DNA of 63,406 nt. Source: a virus. Its lineage: Duplodnaviria; Caudoviricetes. Where the stretch lies: the IMG/VR virus record IMGVR_UViG_3300025135_000005, positions 1 through 63,406 of that record. The stretch is one strand, 5' to 3'. Positions 47,690 to 56,309 of this stretch are shown one piece after another. The notes under the pieces were generated by a model. The model did not search any database, was not told the origin of the DNA, and was given only the letters and a program-made list of their open reading frames with translations. Both the position numbers and the translations under genes were made by a program. The stretch's first letter is position 1; every line of letters begins with the position of its first letter.

Positions 47690-49621
47690 ATGGCAAAGAA
47701 GAAAGAAGTAACACCAGTTAAGCTAAGGAAATTAAGGACAAATTATGAACTTAGATTCGACTATCTACCTATCTTAACTACATATATCAAAACGCTCCCA
47801 AAAGAACATAGAAGCGTCAGAGTTGACAATGTGCTTGATGTTAATGGTGGAACAAGGGATGAGTGGGTTAGAATAATACGGGAAGTTCAGGTGGGAAATA
47901 TTATATCCTTCCTTGTAGATAATTCAATTCCGTTTGTATTTGAAAACCTCCTTCCAGAAGAGTTGGATAGTCTCAGAAGAGATTACGTAGAAAGACAAAA
48001 GAGAGTGGCCGAGGCACTTAAATCAAAAGAGGCAGCACTCACACTTGATGATATGGATTTTAGTTTCATGAAAATACAGCCATATGATTACCAGAAGCAG
48101 GCTGTTAAATTTTTTGAAATAAATCAAGGCAAAGCTATTCTTGGTGACCAACCAGGAGTGGGAAAGACATTGCCCCCAATTGCATATGCAGCTAAAAATA
48201 GATTGAAGACACTTGTAATATGCCCTGCCTCACTTAAATTAAACTGGAGAAAAGAAGTTGTTAATTTTAGTAATGAAAAAGCTCACGTATTTAAGTACAC
48301 TCCAAGTAAAAGGAGTAAAAATAAGAATTACAGCAAAGACGAGAGTTTGTTTCACATCATAAATTATGAATCAATACAGAGCTACATCAAGCTTGAATAT
48401 AAGCATAAGTGTGGTGGGAATGTTATTGTGCCTGGAAAAGGTACACAAAAATGTGGAACCGAGATAATTGACCTCAACAAGAAGCATAAGAAATGTGAGA
48501 TGTGTAAGAACACAAATTCATTCAAGACAAGAATTAATGGTCTTGTATACATACAAGATAAGGATGGTAGTGTTCTTGACCCAGAAGACTATGATATGAT
48601 TGTTATTGATGAGTTTCATAGAATTAAAAGTGTTAAGACCGATTGGACCCAAATTATCAAGAAAGCATTTAGAGATACTGTTGACAAGAGGATTTTAATA
48701 TCTGGAACCGCAATTAAAAGTAGGCCCATGGAATTCTTCTCAGGACTTAATTTTATGGACCCAGATATGTGGAATTCGAGTCATGACTTTGGACTTAGGT
48801 ACTGTGCCGCATATGAAACTAATTTTGGCTGGGATTATAGTGGCGCTTCTAATCTTGAAGAATTATTTACAAGAATATCTCCTTATTTCCTTAGGAGACT
48901 TAAAAAAGATGTACTAAGCCAACTTCCAGATAAAACTTATACAGAGATTGAAATTGAACTTACTCCAACAGAGAGGAAAGAATATGAAAAACTTCTCAAG
49001 GAGATGAAGAAGGTAGTTGGAGAAGGAGGCACCGAAGAAGAGAAGGAGCAGTCATATCTTGAGAAAATACACAAGCTAAAGCAGTTTACTGGAAATGTGA
49101 AACTCAATAGAATGATTAGTGATGGTATAATTGACGACATATCAAGTAATTCAGAAAAAATTGTTGTCATGTCCGATTATCAAATACTGGCAGAAACACT
49201 CTACAAAGAATATAGCGATAGGGCTGTTATTCACACTGGAAGCATGAATCAAGAAGAAAAACAATCTTCTGTCGATAAGTTCCAGGAAGATAAAAATATT
49301 TGCCTATTCTCTGGTATGATTGGGGCCTCAGGAGTTGGAATTACTCTTACAGAGGCATCTAAGCTTATATTTCTTGGATTTGCATGGACTCCAGCTGATA
49401 TGGAGCAGGCAGAGGATAGAATTCACAGGGCTACAACTACACATGACAATATCCAGATAATTCAATACATTTGTGTTGATACAATTGACGAAGACATTAA
49501 CGAATTACTTAAGGAAAAGTCACAAGTTGTAAGCAAGGTTCTTGATAATAAAGATTTTAGTAAAAGGATTAATGTTTCTAATGAAAGCATTTTCAAAAGT
49601 TTATTAGAAAGATTGAGATAG
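47690..49621 (+). CDS. SNF2-family (SMARCAL1-like) helicase
   Basis: YQ, GDQPGVGKT, VICPASLKLNW, DEFH, SGT, LRRLKKDVL..LP, GVGITLT and QAEDRIHR. Confidence 0.92.
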   Translation: MAKKKEVTPVKLRKLRTNYELRFDYLPILTTYIKTLPKEHRSVRVDNVLDVNGGTRDEWVRIIREVQVGNIISFLVDNSIPFVFENLLPEELDSLRRDYVERQKRVAEALKSKEAALTLDDMDFSFMKIQPYDYQKQAVKFFEINQGKAILGDQPGVGKTLPPIAYAAKNRLKTLVICPASLKLNWRKEVVNFSNEKAHVFKYTPSKRSKNKNYSKDESLFHIINYESIQSYIKLEYKHKCGGNVIVPGKGTQKCGTEIIDLNKKHKKCEMCKNTNSFKTRINGLVYIQDKDGSVLDPEDYDMIVIDEFHRIKSVKTDWTQIIKKAFRDTVDKRILISGTAIKSRPMEFFSGLNFMDPDMWNSSHDFGLRYCAAYETNFGWDYSGASNLEELFTRISPYFLRRLKKDVLSQLPDKTYTEIEIELTPTERKEYEKLLKEMKKVVGEGGTEEEKEQSYLEKIHKLKQFTGNVKLNRMISDGIIDDISSNSEKIVVMSDYQILAETLYKEYSDRAVIHTGSMNQEEKQSSVDKFQEDKNICLFSGMIGASGVGITLTEASKLIFLGFAWTPADMEQAEDRIHRATTTHDNIQIIQYICVDTIDEDINELLKEKSQVVSKVLDNKDFSKRINVSNESIFKSLLERLR

Positions 49622-49693
49622 GAAATATAATTTTGTTTTTTTTGCTCTATTTATTGGAAACAAAGTATAATAACGTTAACAAGTAATACTGTC

Positions 49694-50185
49694 ATGGCAA
49701 AAAAAGAATTAACAATCTCTGAATTCAGAGAAATCATTAGAGAAGAAGCTCTTAAACTTAAGAAGAGAATTGTTCTTGAAAATGAAAAGAAAGCTCTTGA
49801 GTCTGAGCTTAAGTCACTTATGAATGAATCTTACATGGAAGAAATGGAGATGGAAGAAATGGAGATGGAAGAAGATTTGGATGAAGGATTATTTGGACCA
49901 GGCAAGGGCGAAGTTGAATCTAACAGACAAGCGCTTTCTGCACAAATTGATGCACTTCTTGCTAAGGTTCCAGCTGGAATGGAGTTTATGGGTTCTAAAG
50001 ATGAAGTGCTTAAAAAAGCAGCTGCTTCTAACTTTAAGGGTCAGCCTTGGTTGAGAAAGAGTAGAACTGGTAAGTTAGTGCTTGGATTTGAACCAGAACT
50101 TACTGGCCTTCAAAAACTTGCTACTGCGGCAGGTGGCGCACTTAAAGGTGGTCACTCATTCGGTTCAGGTGGACCAAATGAATAA
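49694..50185 (+). CDS. Putative internal head protein
   Basis: FREIIREEA N-terminal helix, acidic EEMEMEE tract ending LDEG. TATTTATT at 49648-49655. Confidence 0.5.
   Translation: MAKKELTISEFREIIREEALKLKKRIVLENEKKALESELKSLMNESYMEEMEMEEMEMEEDLDEGLFGPGKGEVESNRQALSAQIDALLAKVPAGMEFMGSKDEVLKKAAASNFKGQPWLRKSRTGKLVLGFEPELTGLQKLATAAGGALKGGHSFGSGGPNE
49835..49873 (+). repeat. 15-bp tandem repeat (atggaagaaatggag x2.6)
   Basis: Encodes MEEME MEEME MEE. Confidence 0.9.
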
Positions 50186-50202
50186 TTAAGGTATATAAAA
50201 TA

Positions 50203-50235
50203 AAAAAAGGCGACTCAAATTGAGTCGCCTTTTTT
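50203..50235. terminator. Bidirectional intrinsic terminator
   Basis: aaaaaaggcgactcaa-a-ttgagtcgcctttttt between convergent genes. Confidence 0.85.
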
Positions 50236-50249
50236 GTTTGTTTGATGTA

Positions 50250-50603
50250 TTATTTCTTAATTTCAATAGAATCCTCAATTGCTGTGTAAGCCCCCTCCAT
50301 GAATTTGTAACTATTTTTGTGAAACTCACGATAGTTATAAGAGCGAATTGTTTGTTGGATAAACACAAGAGCAAGTGCTCCAGTAATAATTGGCACCACC
50401 ATCCCTAATGTGGGGATAAATAATGTGTAGGCCGTAATTGCAGCAAAAAACACTAAGCTAATTACTGAAAAATTAAGCTTATCCTGGAACTTGTGGATTA
50501 AGTCAATTTTTTCTTTTCTTTGTTCATCTTGAACTTCTCTCATTTCGATTGGTAATAAATTCATAACTTTAATTTTTATTGGTTCTTCCTTGTTATACGT
50601 CAT
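50250..50603 (-). CDS. Small two-TM membrane protein
   Basis: Hydrophobic segments FSVISLVFFAAITAYTLFI and GMVVPIITGALALVFI. Divergent from the endolysin. Confidence 0.6.
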   Translation of the reverse strand: MTYNKEEPIKIKVMNLLPIEMREVQDEQRKEKIDLIHKFQDKLNFSVISLVFFAAITAYTLFIPTLGMVVPIITGALALVFIQQTIRSYNYREFHKNSYKFMEGAYTAIEDSIEIKK

Positions 50604-50685
50604 TTGTTATAAAAATGTTACAACATATCAAATCTTTTTAATAAATAGACCAATATTTCTAACATTAGAAACGCTTTTTATTCCC

Positions 50686-50693
50686 TATTTATA
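50686..50693 (+). promoter_or_regulatory. Putative late promoter TATTTATA
   Basis: 12 nt before the endolysin ATG 50706. Confidence 0.65.
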
Positions 50694-50705
50694 GTAAAAA
50701 GTATT

Positions 50706-51614
50706 ATGATTACATTGGGAGATAGAGGCCCTGAAGTGTCTCAGTTACAAAAAAACTTATCTACACTTGGTTATGATTTAATTATTGATGGTCATTTTGG
50801 TAACAAGACTTTGAGGTCACTTAAAGCCTTCCAAAAAAAGTATGGACTATTGGTTGATGGCATAGCTGGTCCCAAAACCCTATTGACACTAAAAGCGGCT
50901 CAAAAAAGAACTTCGAAAGAAGAAAAAGATTCTAAATATAGCAAGAGCTATGGAAATTTAGAGGTGGATATTAACCATAACCAGCCCTCAGAGCAATATT
51001 TAAAGCAAACTACATCTAAGGATAAAATTTTTATTCACTATACTGTTAGTGGTCCTGATGCAAAAAGTGTAATAAAATATTGGGACAAAAATGTGGAAAA
51101 AGTATCTACCGCATTTGTTATAAGCGGTAGAGGTTCTGAGGATGGAAAAATTTATGAAGCATTTAATCCAGATTATTGGAGCTATCACCTCGGAATAAAG
51201 GGAACTAAGGGAAGGCTTGATAGGAGTTCTGTTGGAATTGAAATTTGTTCCTGGGGTAGACTCAATAAAAAAGGAGAAAAATTCTTCAATGCTTATGGAG
51301 GAGAAGTTTCTGCAGATGAAGTTTATACTGTGGACAGCCCTTGGAGAGGAAATTTGTATTATCATTCTTATAGTGATAAACAATTGCAGTCACTTGAAAA
51401 TTTATTGCTTTGGATTATTGGGGAATACAAGATACCAGTTCAAAATATTGAATTTAATAAAGACTGGGCTGAATATAATGATAAGTTAGTTGCATCAGGG
51501 GCCCCTGGCATCTGGACCCACACTAATGTTCGCAAAGATAAGCAAGATACATACCCTGACAATAGATTGTTTGACACGCTTAATAGGGTTAAAGATAAGA
51601 TAAATAGAAAATAA
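50706..51614 (+). CDS. Endolysin: PG-binding domain + N-acetylmuramoyl-L-alanine amidase (Amidase_2)
   Basis: GDRGPEVSQLQ..L...DGHFG..T...AFQ..GL.VDGIAGPKT, then IFIHYT, YHLG, SVGIEIC and THTNVRKDKQD. Confidence 0.9.
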   Translation: MITLGDRGPEVSQLQKNLSTLGYDLIIDGHFGNKTLRSLKAFQKKYGLLVDGIAGPKTLLTLKAAQKRTSKEEKDSKYSKSYGNLEVDINHNQPSEQYLKQTTSKDKIFIHYTVSGPDAKSVIKYWDKNVEKVSTAFVISGRGSEDGKIYEAFNPDYWSYHLGIKGTKGRLDRSSVGIEICSWGRLNKKGEKFFNAYGGEVSADEVYTVDSPWRGNLYYHSYSDKQLQSLENLLLWIIGEYKIPVQNIEFNKDWAEYNDKLVASGAPGIWTHTNVRKDKQDTYPDNRLFDTLNRVKDKINRK

Positions 51615-51850
51615 TGACAGAAAAGGAAGTAAGAGATATTGTTAAGAGTGTGCTCAAGAGTCAAATGACCGATATTCCAACAAAGGAGCAGGTTAAGAAG
51701 ATTTCAAAAGATGAAGCAGAAAAAGTTACAAAGAAATTTGCTGATGACACCCCTAATCGTAAAGAGGTTAAGGATATGATAAAAAACACCTTACTTGCCT
51801 ACCACAAGTGGATGTGGGAGAAAAAGGGTATATGGATGAATCAAATTTAA
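51614..51850 (+). CDS. Hypothetical protein
   Basis: 78 aa, VRDIVKSVL N-terminal helix. Confidence 0.6.
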   Translation: MTEKEVRDIVKSVLKSQMTDIPTKEQVKKISKDEAEKVTKKFADDTPNRKEVKDMIKNTLLAYHKWMWEKKGIWMNQI

Positions 51851-51854
51851 GAAT

Positions 51855-52520
51855 ATGACCAGAAATGAATTAACAGAAATGATTAGGCAAGAAATTCGTT
51901 CTCTTGCTTTTGAAGAACTTAGAAATAAGTCTAAGGAAAAAAATAGCGAAAAAAATAGGATATTTAAACCTAAGGGTCTTTCTGAAGAAGAGCTTGAGCT
52001 CGCATTGTTTCATGGTGGAGGTAAGCCAGAAGAAAAGGATATTACAAAAATATTACCAGTAACCATAAGAGAAGGTTATGACAATGGTATACCGCAGATA
52101 CAATCATCTGAAGTAACTGAGTTTGAAGATTCATTTGAGGAAATGCTAAGAGAGGTTGATGGTGCGTCTGTTGTTTTTGATAAGCAATCAAATGGCTATT
52201 CACTTAAGATGTGGATTAGTAAAGAGGGTATTGAGGCAGGAGCATCTGGCTCCATCGAAATGGGAAGCAATGGAAAAATTAATTGGGCATATTCTCTTAA
52301 AAATGGTCTTATAATAAGTACTGAAAATTTGAAAGTAGATAAGGGCAATAGAAATGTTCTTGAGAAACTGTACAACAACTACAATACTTGGCAAAAGGAC
52401 TGGAGAGATAAATTAACAATTTCTCCAGGTGAAAATCAGGCTCAGGCAGAAGGTCCAGCCCCAGGGGCACCTGAGCCAGGGGGTCCTGTAGATGCTGGGA
52501 CAGAAACTCCAGCCCCATAA
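51855..52520 (+). CDS. Hypothetical (putative head-associated) protein
   Basis: LTEMIRQEI N-terminal helix and Pro/Gly/Ala-rich tail. Confidence 0.55.
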   Translation: MTRNELTEMIRQEIRSLAFEELRNKSKEKNSEKNRIFKPKGLSEEELELALFHGGGKPEEKDITKILPVTIREGYDNGIPQIQSSEVTEFEDSFEEMLREVDGASVVFDKQSNGYSLKMWISKEGIEAGASGSIEMGSNGKINWAYSLKNGLIISTENLKVDKGNRNVLEKLYNNYNTWQKDWRDKLTISPGENQAQAEGPAPGAPEPGGPVDAGTETPAP

Positions 52521-52574
52521 TACAATCATAACTATTTACTTTAGAACGCCTATATATTATATTTTATTGGGTTT

Positions 52575-52865
52575 ATGAATACTATTCAAAAAATAATCGA
52601 CAATCAAAGGAGTTATAGGAAACTAATACTTCAGTGGCTAACTAATGATTTGAGAGATGCTAAAAAAGCGTTGTCTGAAATAAAAAGTGAAGATGAATAT
52701 ATTAAGGCTGAAGTTGACAAATTGAAGAATAGATTCAAAAAAACTTTATATAAAAAAGAAATCGACAGATTGTTTTTTATGCACCCCAACAGGAATGAAG
52801 AGTTTTATGCTTGGTGGGATGTTCAAGGACAAGAAGTGCTTATTTTAAATTATGGCAAAAAGTAA
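52575..52865 (+). CDS. Hypothetical protein
   Basis: 96-aa ORF. Confidence 0.55.
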   Translation: MNTIQKIIDNQRSYRKLILQWLTNDLRDAKKALSEIKSEDEYIKAEVDKLKNRFKKTLYKKEIDRLFFMHPNRNEEFYAWWDVQGQEVLILNYGKK

Positions 52866-53361
52866 AAAAGAACTATTACCAATTCTATTGGATTTACACT
52901 ACAAATACTCAATGAATAAATTTGAGGAGTTTTATGGTGATTCAGTAAGCTATTCCTCAATAGAACAAGAAAGCTACATAGACCTTAAAGAAATGTCTTT
53001 TGAGCAAATAAGTAAGGGTATAAAATTCAGAAAATTTGGAAGACAAGGAAATGTGCTAACAGTTAAGATGGATATTACATTTCCTGATTATGAATTATTT
53101 CTGAAGATATTTAGAGGAGAGTGTGATGATGAAGTTAATCGTAAAAGATTTAATTTTCTTCACGATTTTGAAATATCAAATATTAGAGACCTTACAAGAG
53201 AAGAAAAAATACGATTTAAAAAATCAGTAGACCCCATTGATGATGAATCAGAAGATGAATCCGAAGATGAGTCAGATGATATAGAAATTAATGACTCTGA
53301 TTTAGAATCCCTTGAAGACATCGGGGATATTGATGAAATAGAATTTGAAGACGAAGACTAA
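52852..53361 (+). CDS. Hypothetical protein with highly acidic C-terminus
   Basis: DDESEDESEDESDD tail encoded by a 12-bp imperfect tandem repeat at 53242-53277. Confidence 0.6.
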   Translation: MAKSKKELLPILLDLHYKYSMNKFEEFYGDSVSYSSIEQESYIDLKEMSFEQISKGIKFRKFGRQGNVLTVKMDITFPDYELFLKIFRGECDDEVNRKRFNFLHDFEISNIRDLTREEKIRFKKSVDPIDDESEDESEDESDDIEINDSDLESLEDIGDIDEIEFEDED

Positions 53362-53372
53362 AAAATAACATT

Positions 53373-54164
53373 ATGACATTAGAAGAAAGAAGAAGAAGAA
53401 TGAAAGAGGCTGGAATTCCATTGCCTATTACAAACCCTCTAAGTGAAGGTTCTGCTGCAGCAATTCCAGTAACATCTCAAAACGCAGATAAGCATGCAAG
53501 ATTGCAGGCACTCAAGAGTGGTGCAAATAGAAATCAAGTTCAAAGCCTTGTTAAGGCGACTGGCTCGCAAGGAAATGCAGGATTTCAAGGAATCCCAGAG
53601 GTTAAGATGAAAAAGAATCCAAACCATCCAGGAAATAAACTTAGCGACCCAAGCATGGCAGTTAAGCCTCAAGATAACTTTGGACCTGTAACTCCTGTAA
53701 ACGATGAGTTGTCAGCCATAGAATCAATGTTTACTGGCGTAGGAGCATCTCCAGCATACAACCCTATGCCAGCGGCTCAAAACACGAATCAACCAGAGTT
53801 ATCAATTCAACAAGATGGTTATGGACCAACTTTTGACCCAGTAGGAATGCTTGCTAAAAAAAGACAGCAAGTTCAAGGTAATCAATATATGCAGTTTGCA
53901 CAGCAAGAGACAGTTCAACAAGCGCTGGCTCCATTGCAGGAGATGTCAGAGCAGCAAAATTTTGACTTTCAGAATATGAAAAGTATGATGGAGCAAATTG
54001 CTAAGAATACTATATCAGAAGTTCTTAATAGCTATACCGAAAAGAATAAGGGCAAGCTTACGTATGAGAATGTTGATGTCAAAACAGCTGATGGAACTCA
54101 GGTTATAAAAACCCAAGACGGCAAGTATTATAAATTGGTCCCAGTTAAATTGAAGAAAGGTTAA
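53373..54164 (+). CDS. Hypothetical low-complexity (Gln/Pro/Asn-rich) protein
   Basis: 263 aa, largely disordered composition. Confidence 0.6.
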   Translation: MTLEERRRRMKEAGIPLPITNPLSEGSAAAIPVTSQNADKHARLQALKSGANRNQVQSLVKATGSQGNAGFQGIPEVKMKKNPNHPGNKLSDPSMAVKPQDNFGPVTPVNDELSAIESMFTGVGASPAYNPMPAAQNTNQPELSIQQDGYGPTFDPVGMLAKKRQQVQGNQYMQFAQQETVQQALAPLQEMSEQQNFDFQNMKSMMEQIAKNTISEVLNSYTEKNKGKLTYENVDVKTADGTQVIKTQDGKYYKLVPVKLKKG

Positions 54165-54664
54165 ATTCCGAATTTTTTAAGATATTTTTCGGTGAATATA
54201 AACTTTACCTTACCCTCTAAAGCCCTTCCATCTTTTAGTTCTTCTAAAAAATCTGGAAGGGTTTTTCTTAACACCCTTATGTCTCCACACTCTATGTGAG
54301 ATGATAGTGCTCCATTTCTGCAGATATTAACAAGTTCTCCTTGTGAGAATTGACTGTTTACAAGTGTAACATATTCGTTTTGAATTGCAGCATCAGCATG
54401 CTCAATGATGTGACAAAGTTTACAGGAAGTTCTAAATTTAGAATCTTCAGGGTTCTCAAAATTCTCTTCCACAAGATGAACATCAAGTACTTTATCTGGA
54501 ATAACGTCATAAGGTTCAAATCCGCACCCCTGACACTTATGTCCATCATCTCGAAATGTTCTGCTCTTTATTTTTTCCCATAATTCAGGGCCAACTTTAT
54601 TTCTAAAATCTTTATCTGATGCAGATATGGTTGGGCGTAATTCAAACTTATCGTCTACCTCCAT
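54161..54664 (-). CDS. Zn-binding HNH-fold protein (IcmJ/DotN-like)
   Basis: W.KI....FRDDGHKCQGCG...VH...RTSCKLCH...L.NSQFSQGELVNICR. Confidence 0.65.
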   Translation of the reverse strand: MEVDDKFELRPTISASDKDFRNKVGPELWEKIKSRTFRDDGHKCQGCGFEPYDVIPDKVLDVHLVEENFENPEDSKFRTSCKLCHIIEHADAAIQNEYVTLVNSQFSQGELVNICRNGALSSHIECGDIRVLRKTLPDFLEELKDGRALEGKVKFIFTEKYLKKFGI

Positions 54665-55210
54665 TTATTTATTCTTTTTTGGTTTGATTATGAAATACAT
54701 ATTTTTGCCCACAAGCTTTGGTAGGGCTTCTGGAATTCCATATTCTCCTATTTCTGTAGCAAATTTTGCAAGAACTAACTCACCTTTGTCTTTAAACATT
54801 ATGGACCTACCCTTGAATAAAACGGAGACCTTAACTTTATTTCCCTTCTCAAGGAATTTAATTGCATGCTTTTTCTTTGTCTCATAATCATGCTCCCCTA
54901 TGTTTGGGCTAAGTTGAATTTCTTTGACAACTACCTTAGATTGTCTGTCTTTGAGCTCTTTTTCTCGCTGCTTCTCTTGGTATAAGAATTTAGTGAAGTC
55001 TAAGACTTTACAAACTGGTGGGTTTGCAGTTTCACTTATCAAAATAAGGTCAAGTCCAATTTCACGAGCCTCCCTTAGTGCATCAGAAGTTCTGTATACT
55101 CCACTGGCTAATCCTTCGATTATTCTCACCTCTGTAAATCTAATTTTCTCGTTAATTGTGTACTTAGACCCAGGCATTTCACGCCTTCCTCTGTTGTTAT
55201 CGTTCTTCAA
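54665..55210 (-). CDS. infC: Translation initiation factor IF-3
   Basis: INEKIR..EVRII, A...GLDLI.IS..ANPPVCKVLDF.KFLY, KEIQLSPNIGEHDY..K, GNKVKVSV.FKGR. Confidence 0.95.
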   Translation of the reverse strand: MKNDNNRGRREMPGSKYTINEKIRFTEVRIIEGLASGVYRTSDALREAREIGLDLILISETANPPVCKVLDFTKFLYQEKQREKELKDRQSKVVVKEIQLSPNIGEHDYETKKKHAIKFLEKGNKVKVSVLFKGRSIMFKDKGELVLAKFATEIGEYGIPEALPKLVGKNMYFIIKPKKNK

Positions 55211-55259
55211 GTTTTAAATTTTAAGTTGTCGAATGTTTTTTAAACTATTTACTTATACG

Positions 55260-55267
55260 CAAATATA
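55260..55267 (-). promoter_or_regulatory. Bacteroidota-type -7 element TATATTTG upstream of infC
   Basis: Plus-strand CAAATATA, about 50 nt upstream of the TTG start. Confidence 0.5.
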
Positions 55268-55311
55268 CAAAAAAAGTTTAGATAAAATAGTGGATTTTAT
55301 CTTTTCTGCAA

Positions 55312-55319
55312 TATTTATA
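55312..55319 (+). promoter_or_regulatory. Putative late promoter TATTTATA
   Basis: 15 nt before ATG 55335. Confidence 0.65.
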
Positions 55320-55334
55320 GAAAAAATACATCAT

Positions 55335-56024
55335 ATGAATAAGATAACAATTTCTTCTGAAGACCTTAAAAGACTCATCAAAGAAGAGGCAATTAAAATC
55401 CTTAAGGAAGGAAATGACAAGATTACTGACGCAGGGGATACTATGGATGTGAAGATGAATCAATTGGATAGAGTTGATAACTCTGACGGTTCAGCTTTCA
55501 CTAAAAATACTGATGGTAAATTCGAAAAGAAGAAGGCTAACATGACAAATGAAGAGCTTCCTACTGATGTTAAGATGAATAAAAACGATGGTGACCAGGG
55601 TCATGATGAAAAGATAGCTACCGCTGTTAAGGTTGATGCCGCAAATTCAACTAAGAAAGGTACTGCTGACAACCCGCATATTGAGGGAATGAAAAATAGC
55701 AACTTTGAATCTAAGAAAGGAAATCAATCAGTTAAGGCATCAGCTCCTTTCGAGGATAGAAAAGAAAAAGTTGACATGAATTCTGAGGATAGAGTTGTTG
55801 GAGACGGAGCTAAGACTTATGTTGAAGCTGGTGGAGACATAACTGGAAAAGAAAAACATACAACTGGACAAAAGAAGGCTGTAGCCAGCGAAAAAGCTCC
55901 AGGGTCAAAAGAAACTCAAGAAAGAATTGCAAAAGGAATCGAACTTCCAGAAGGATTCAAAAGCAAAAAAGAGTTGATAGATTTCATTAATGAAAATGCA
56001 AAAAAAATCTCTAAATTACTTTAA
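55335..56024 (+). CDS. Putative internal head protein
   Basis: MNKITISSEDLKRLIKEEAIKILKEG N-terminus and three DVKMN-like repeats. The start is inferred from the promoter. Confidence 0.55.
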   Translation: MNKITISSEDLKRLIKEEAIKILKEGNDKITDAGDTMDVKMNQLDRVDNSDGSAFTKNTDGKFEKKKANMTNEELPTDVKMNKNDGDQGHDEKIATAVKVDAANSTKKGTADNPHIEGMKNSNFESKKGNQSVKASAPFEDRKEKVDMNSEDRVVGDGAKTYVEAGGDITGKEKHTTGQKKAVASEKAPGSKETQERIAKGIELPEGFKSKKELIDFINENAKKISKLL

Positions 56025-56026
56025 TA

Positions 56027-56248
56027 ATGATAAAGCTATTATTCAACTACAGACCAGAGGGTCACTCGATTTCTACAAATTTAGGAAATAAAGAAATCGC
56101 AGTAATCAGAAAAGGCCCAAGAGGCATTGTGAGTGTTATTAAAAACGAAGGTCCACTTGTTATATGGGATTCAGAAAGTTCTGATGCTCACGAAAATGAT
56201 TCTGAAGCAGATTTGATTCAAAAAACAATTGACGTTCTTAACGCATAG
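56027..56248 (+). CDS. Hypothetical protein
   Basis: 73 aa, coupled to the previous gene. Confidence 0.55.
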   Translation: MIKLLFNYRPEGHSISTNLGNKEIAVIRKGPRGIVSVIKNEGPLVIWDSESSDAHENDSEADLIQKTIDVLNA

Positions 56249-56271
56249 AACTAAAAAATATCACATAATAG

Positions 56272-56302
56272 AAACCAAGGTCCAAAAGGCCTTGGTTTTT
56301 TT
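56272..56302 (+). terminator. Intrinsic terminator
   Basis: aaaccaagg...ccttggtt followed by a T run. Confidence 0.75.
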
Positions 56303-56309
56303 GTATTAA

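Noticed and set aside
48390-48590. Intein in the SNF2 helicase
   Set aside because: The insertion is short and Cys-rich, without a C-terminal HN-[CST] or LAGLIDADG motifs.
50250-50603. Holin call for the two-TM protein next to the endolysin
   Set aside because: It is divergently transcribed with no recognisable holin family motif, so it was left as a membrane protein.
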